Part shown: positions 63,174 through 64,000 of the stretch, piece by piece
Layout: every line of letters begins with the position of its first letter
Position numbering within the stretch: the first letter of the stretch is position 1
NCBI GenBank assembly: GCA_007116145.1
Contig: SKJB01000083.1
Coordinates: 5,404 to 69,403 of the forward strand
From: Limnochordia bacterium
GTDB taxonomy: Bacteria > Bacillota > Limnochordia > Darwinibacteriales > DTU012
Direction of reading: 5' to 3'
DNA: 64,000 nt
Position numbers and translations under genes: made by a program
The notes under the pieces: model-generated
What the model saw: only the letters and a program-made list of their open reading frames with translations
Database searches by the model: none
Told to the model about the DNA's origin: nothing

Positions 63174-64000
63174 TCAGGTACCGCAAAACGTTTGGTAAGG
63201 GCTGTCTGATTGCTCAGGTACTATACAGTAATCAGCCTGTTTAAGGGAATAATTATATGGATTTGCGAGAACATCGAGTAATCTCTTCATCACGCTATAG
63301 TCTCCTTGTTCTACTGCTGCATCCAGTGCTTCTTCAACTCTATGATTGCGAGGGATTATTGCAGGATTAGAGGTACGCATCAATTGCTGAGACGAGTCTT
63401 CTGTTTCCTGCTGTCTGCCTAATCTTGCTCGCCACCGCTTATGCCATTGCGTAAACTCTGTACTACTAAGCAAATCTGTATTCTTTGGCGCCTCAGACGT
63501 TAATGCGCGAAAGGTGTTTGTATAATCGGCGTGATACGTTTGCATCATTTTAAGCAGTTCGTCAATTAGAGATTGATCCTCTATCTCTTCGTTAAACAGT
63601 CCCAATTTTGCTCTCATTCCTGCCAGCCAATTTTGGTAATACACTTTACTAAAACCCCTAAGCGCATCCTGTGCCTGTTCAATTGCTCGCACTTGATCGA
63701 CATGCAGCAACGGTAGAAGAGTTTCAGCAAAGCGCGCAAGATTCCAACTGCCAATAGAAGGCTGATTCCCATAGGCATAGCGTCCCTGATGATCAATAGA
63801 ACTAAACACAGTTGTTGGATCATAATCGTCCATGAAAGCACAAGGACCATAATCTATGGTTTCACCGCTTATGGTCATATTGTCTGTGTTCATTACACCG
63901 TGTATGAAACCGACTAGTTGCCACTTGGCAATCAACTCAGCCTGACTTTTGATCACTCTCTGAAGTAGCGCAAGATATCGACTCTCAGCCGCTTCTACCT
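63174..64000 (-). CDS. SelO/YdiU-family protein adenylyltransferase (5' end outside the window)
   Basis: [37 protein letters not shown]; the frame stays open to the window edge. Confidence 0.9.
   Translation of the reverse strand, partial: VEAAESRYLALLQRVIKSQAELIAKWQLVGFIHGVMNTDNMTISGETIDYGPCAFMDDYDPTTVFSSIDHQGRYAYGNQPSIGSWNLARFAETLLPLLHVDQVRAIEQAQDALRGFSKVYYQNWLAGMRAKLGLFNEEIEDQSLIDELLKMMQTYHADYTNTFRALTSEAPKNTDLLSSTEFTQWHKRWRARLGRQQETEDSSQQLMRTSNPAIIPRNHRVEEALDAAVEQGDYSVMKRLLDVLANPYNYSLKQADYCIVPEQSDSPYQTFCGT

Overview
Chromosomal window (roughly 40-45% GC by eye) from an endospore-forming Firmicute. One predicted outer-membrane beta-barrel gene suggests a diderm lineage (inference). Content is mostly metabolic and housekeeping: dapL/dapF/lysA, proBA, DAHP synthase-pheA, a Ger receptor operon, cysK, a MarR-ABC exporter, a Fur-family regulator with a metal ABC transporter, pgi, mtnN, a pyr operon, zwf, Glu dehydrogenase, mnmA, an orphan carB, a DEAD helicase and a partial SelO. 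No rRNA, tRNA, CRISPR array or intact mobile element was seen. The strongest non-annotated signal is a 48-codon leader ORF (6960-7106), below the ORF-track length cutoff. It is packed with Phe/Tyr/Trp codons and lies between a consensus sigma-A promoter and a terminator/antiterminator pair ahead of the DAHP synthase gene, which looks like a ribosome-stalling attenuator sensing all three aromatic amino acids. Other highlights: a stand-alone TamH-like transaminase/thioester-reductase fusion, a lipoprotein pseudo-caspase, a DapB paralogue with an altered active site, an inverted soluble chemoreceptor, a group IIC intron 3' relic with an insertion in domain V, and a zwf-cyclase coupling. All family assignments come from motif recognition by eye; no database searches were run.
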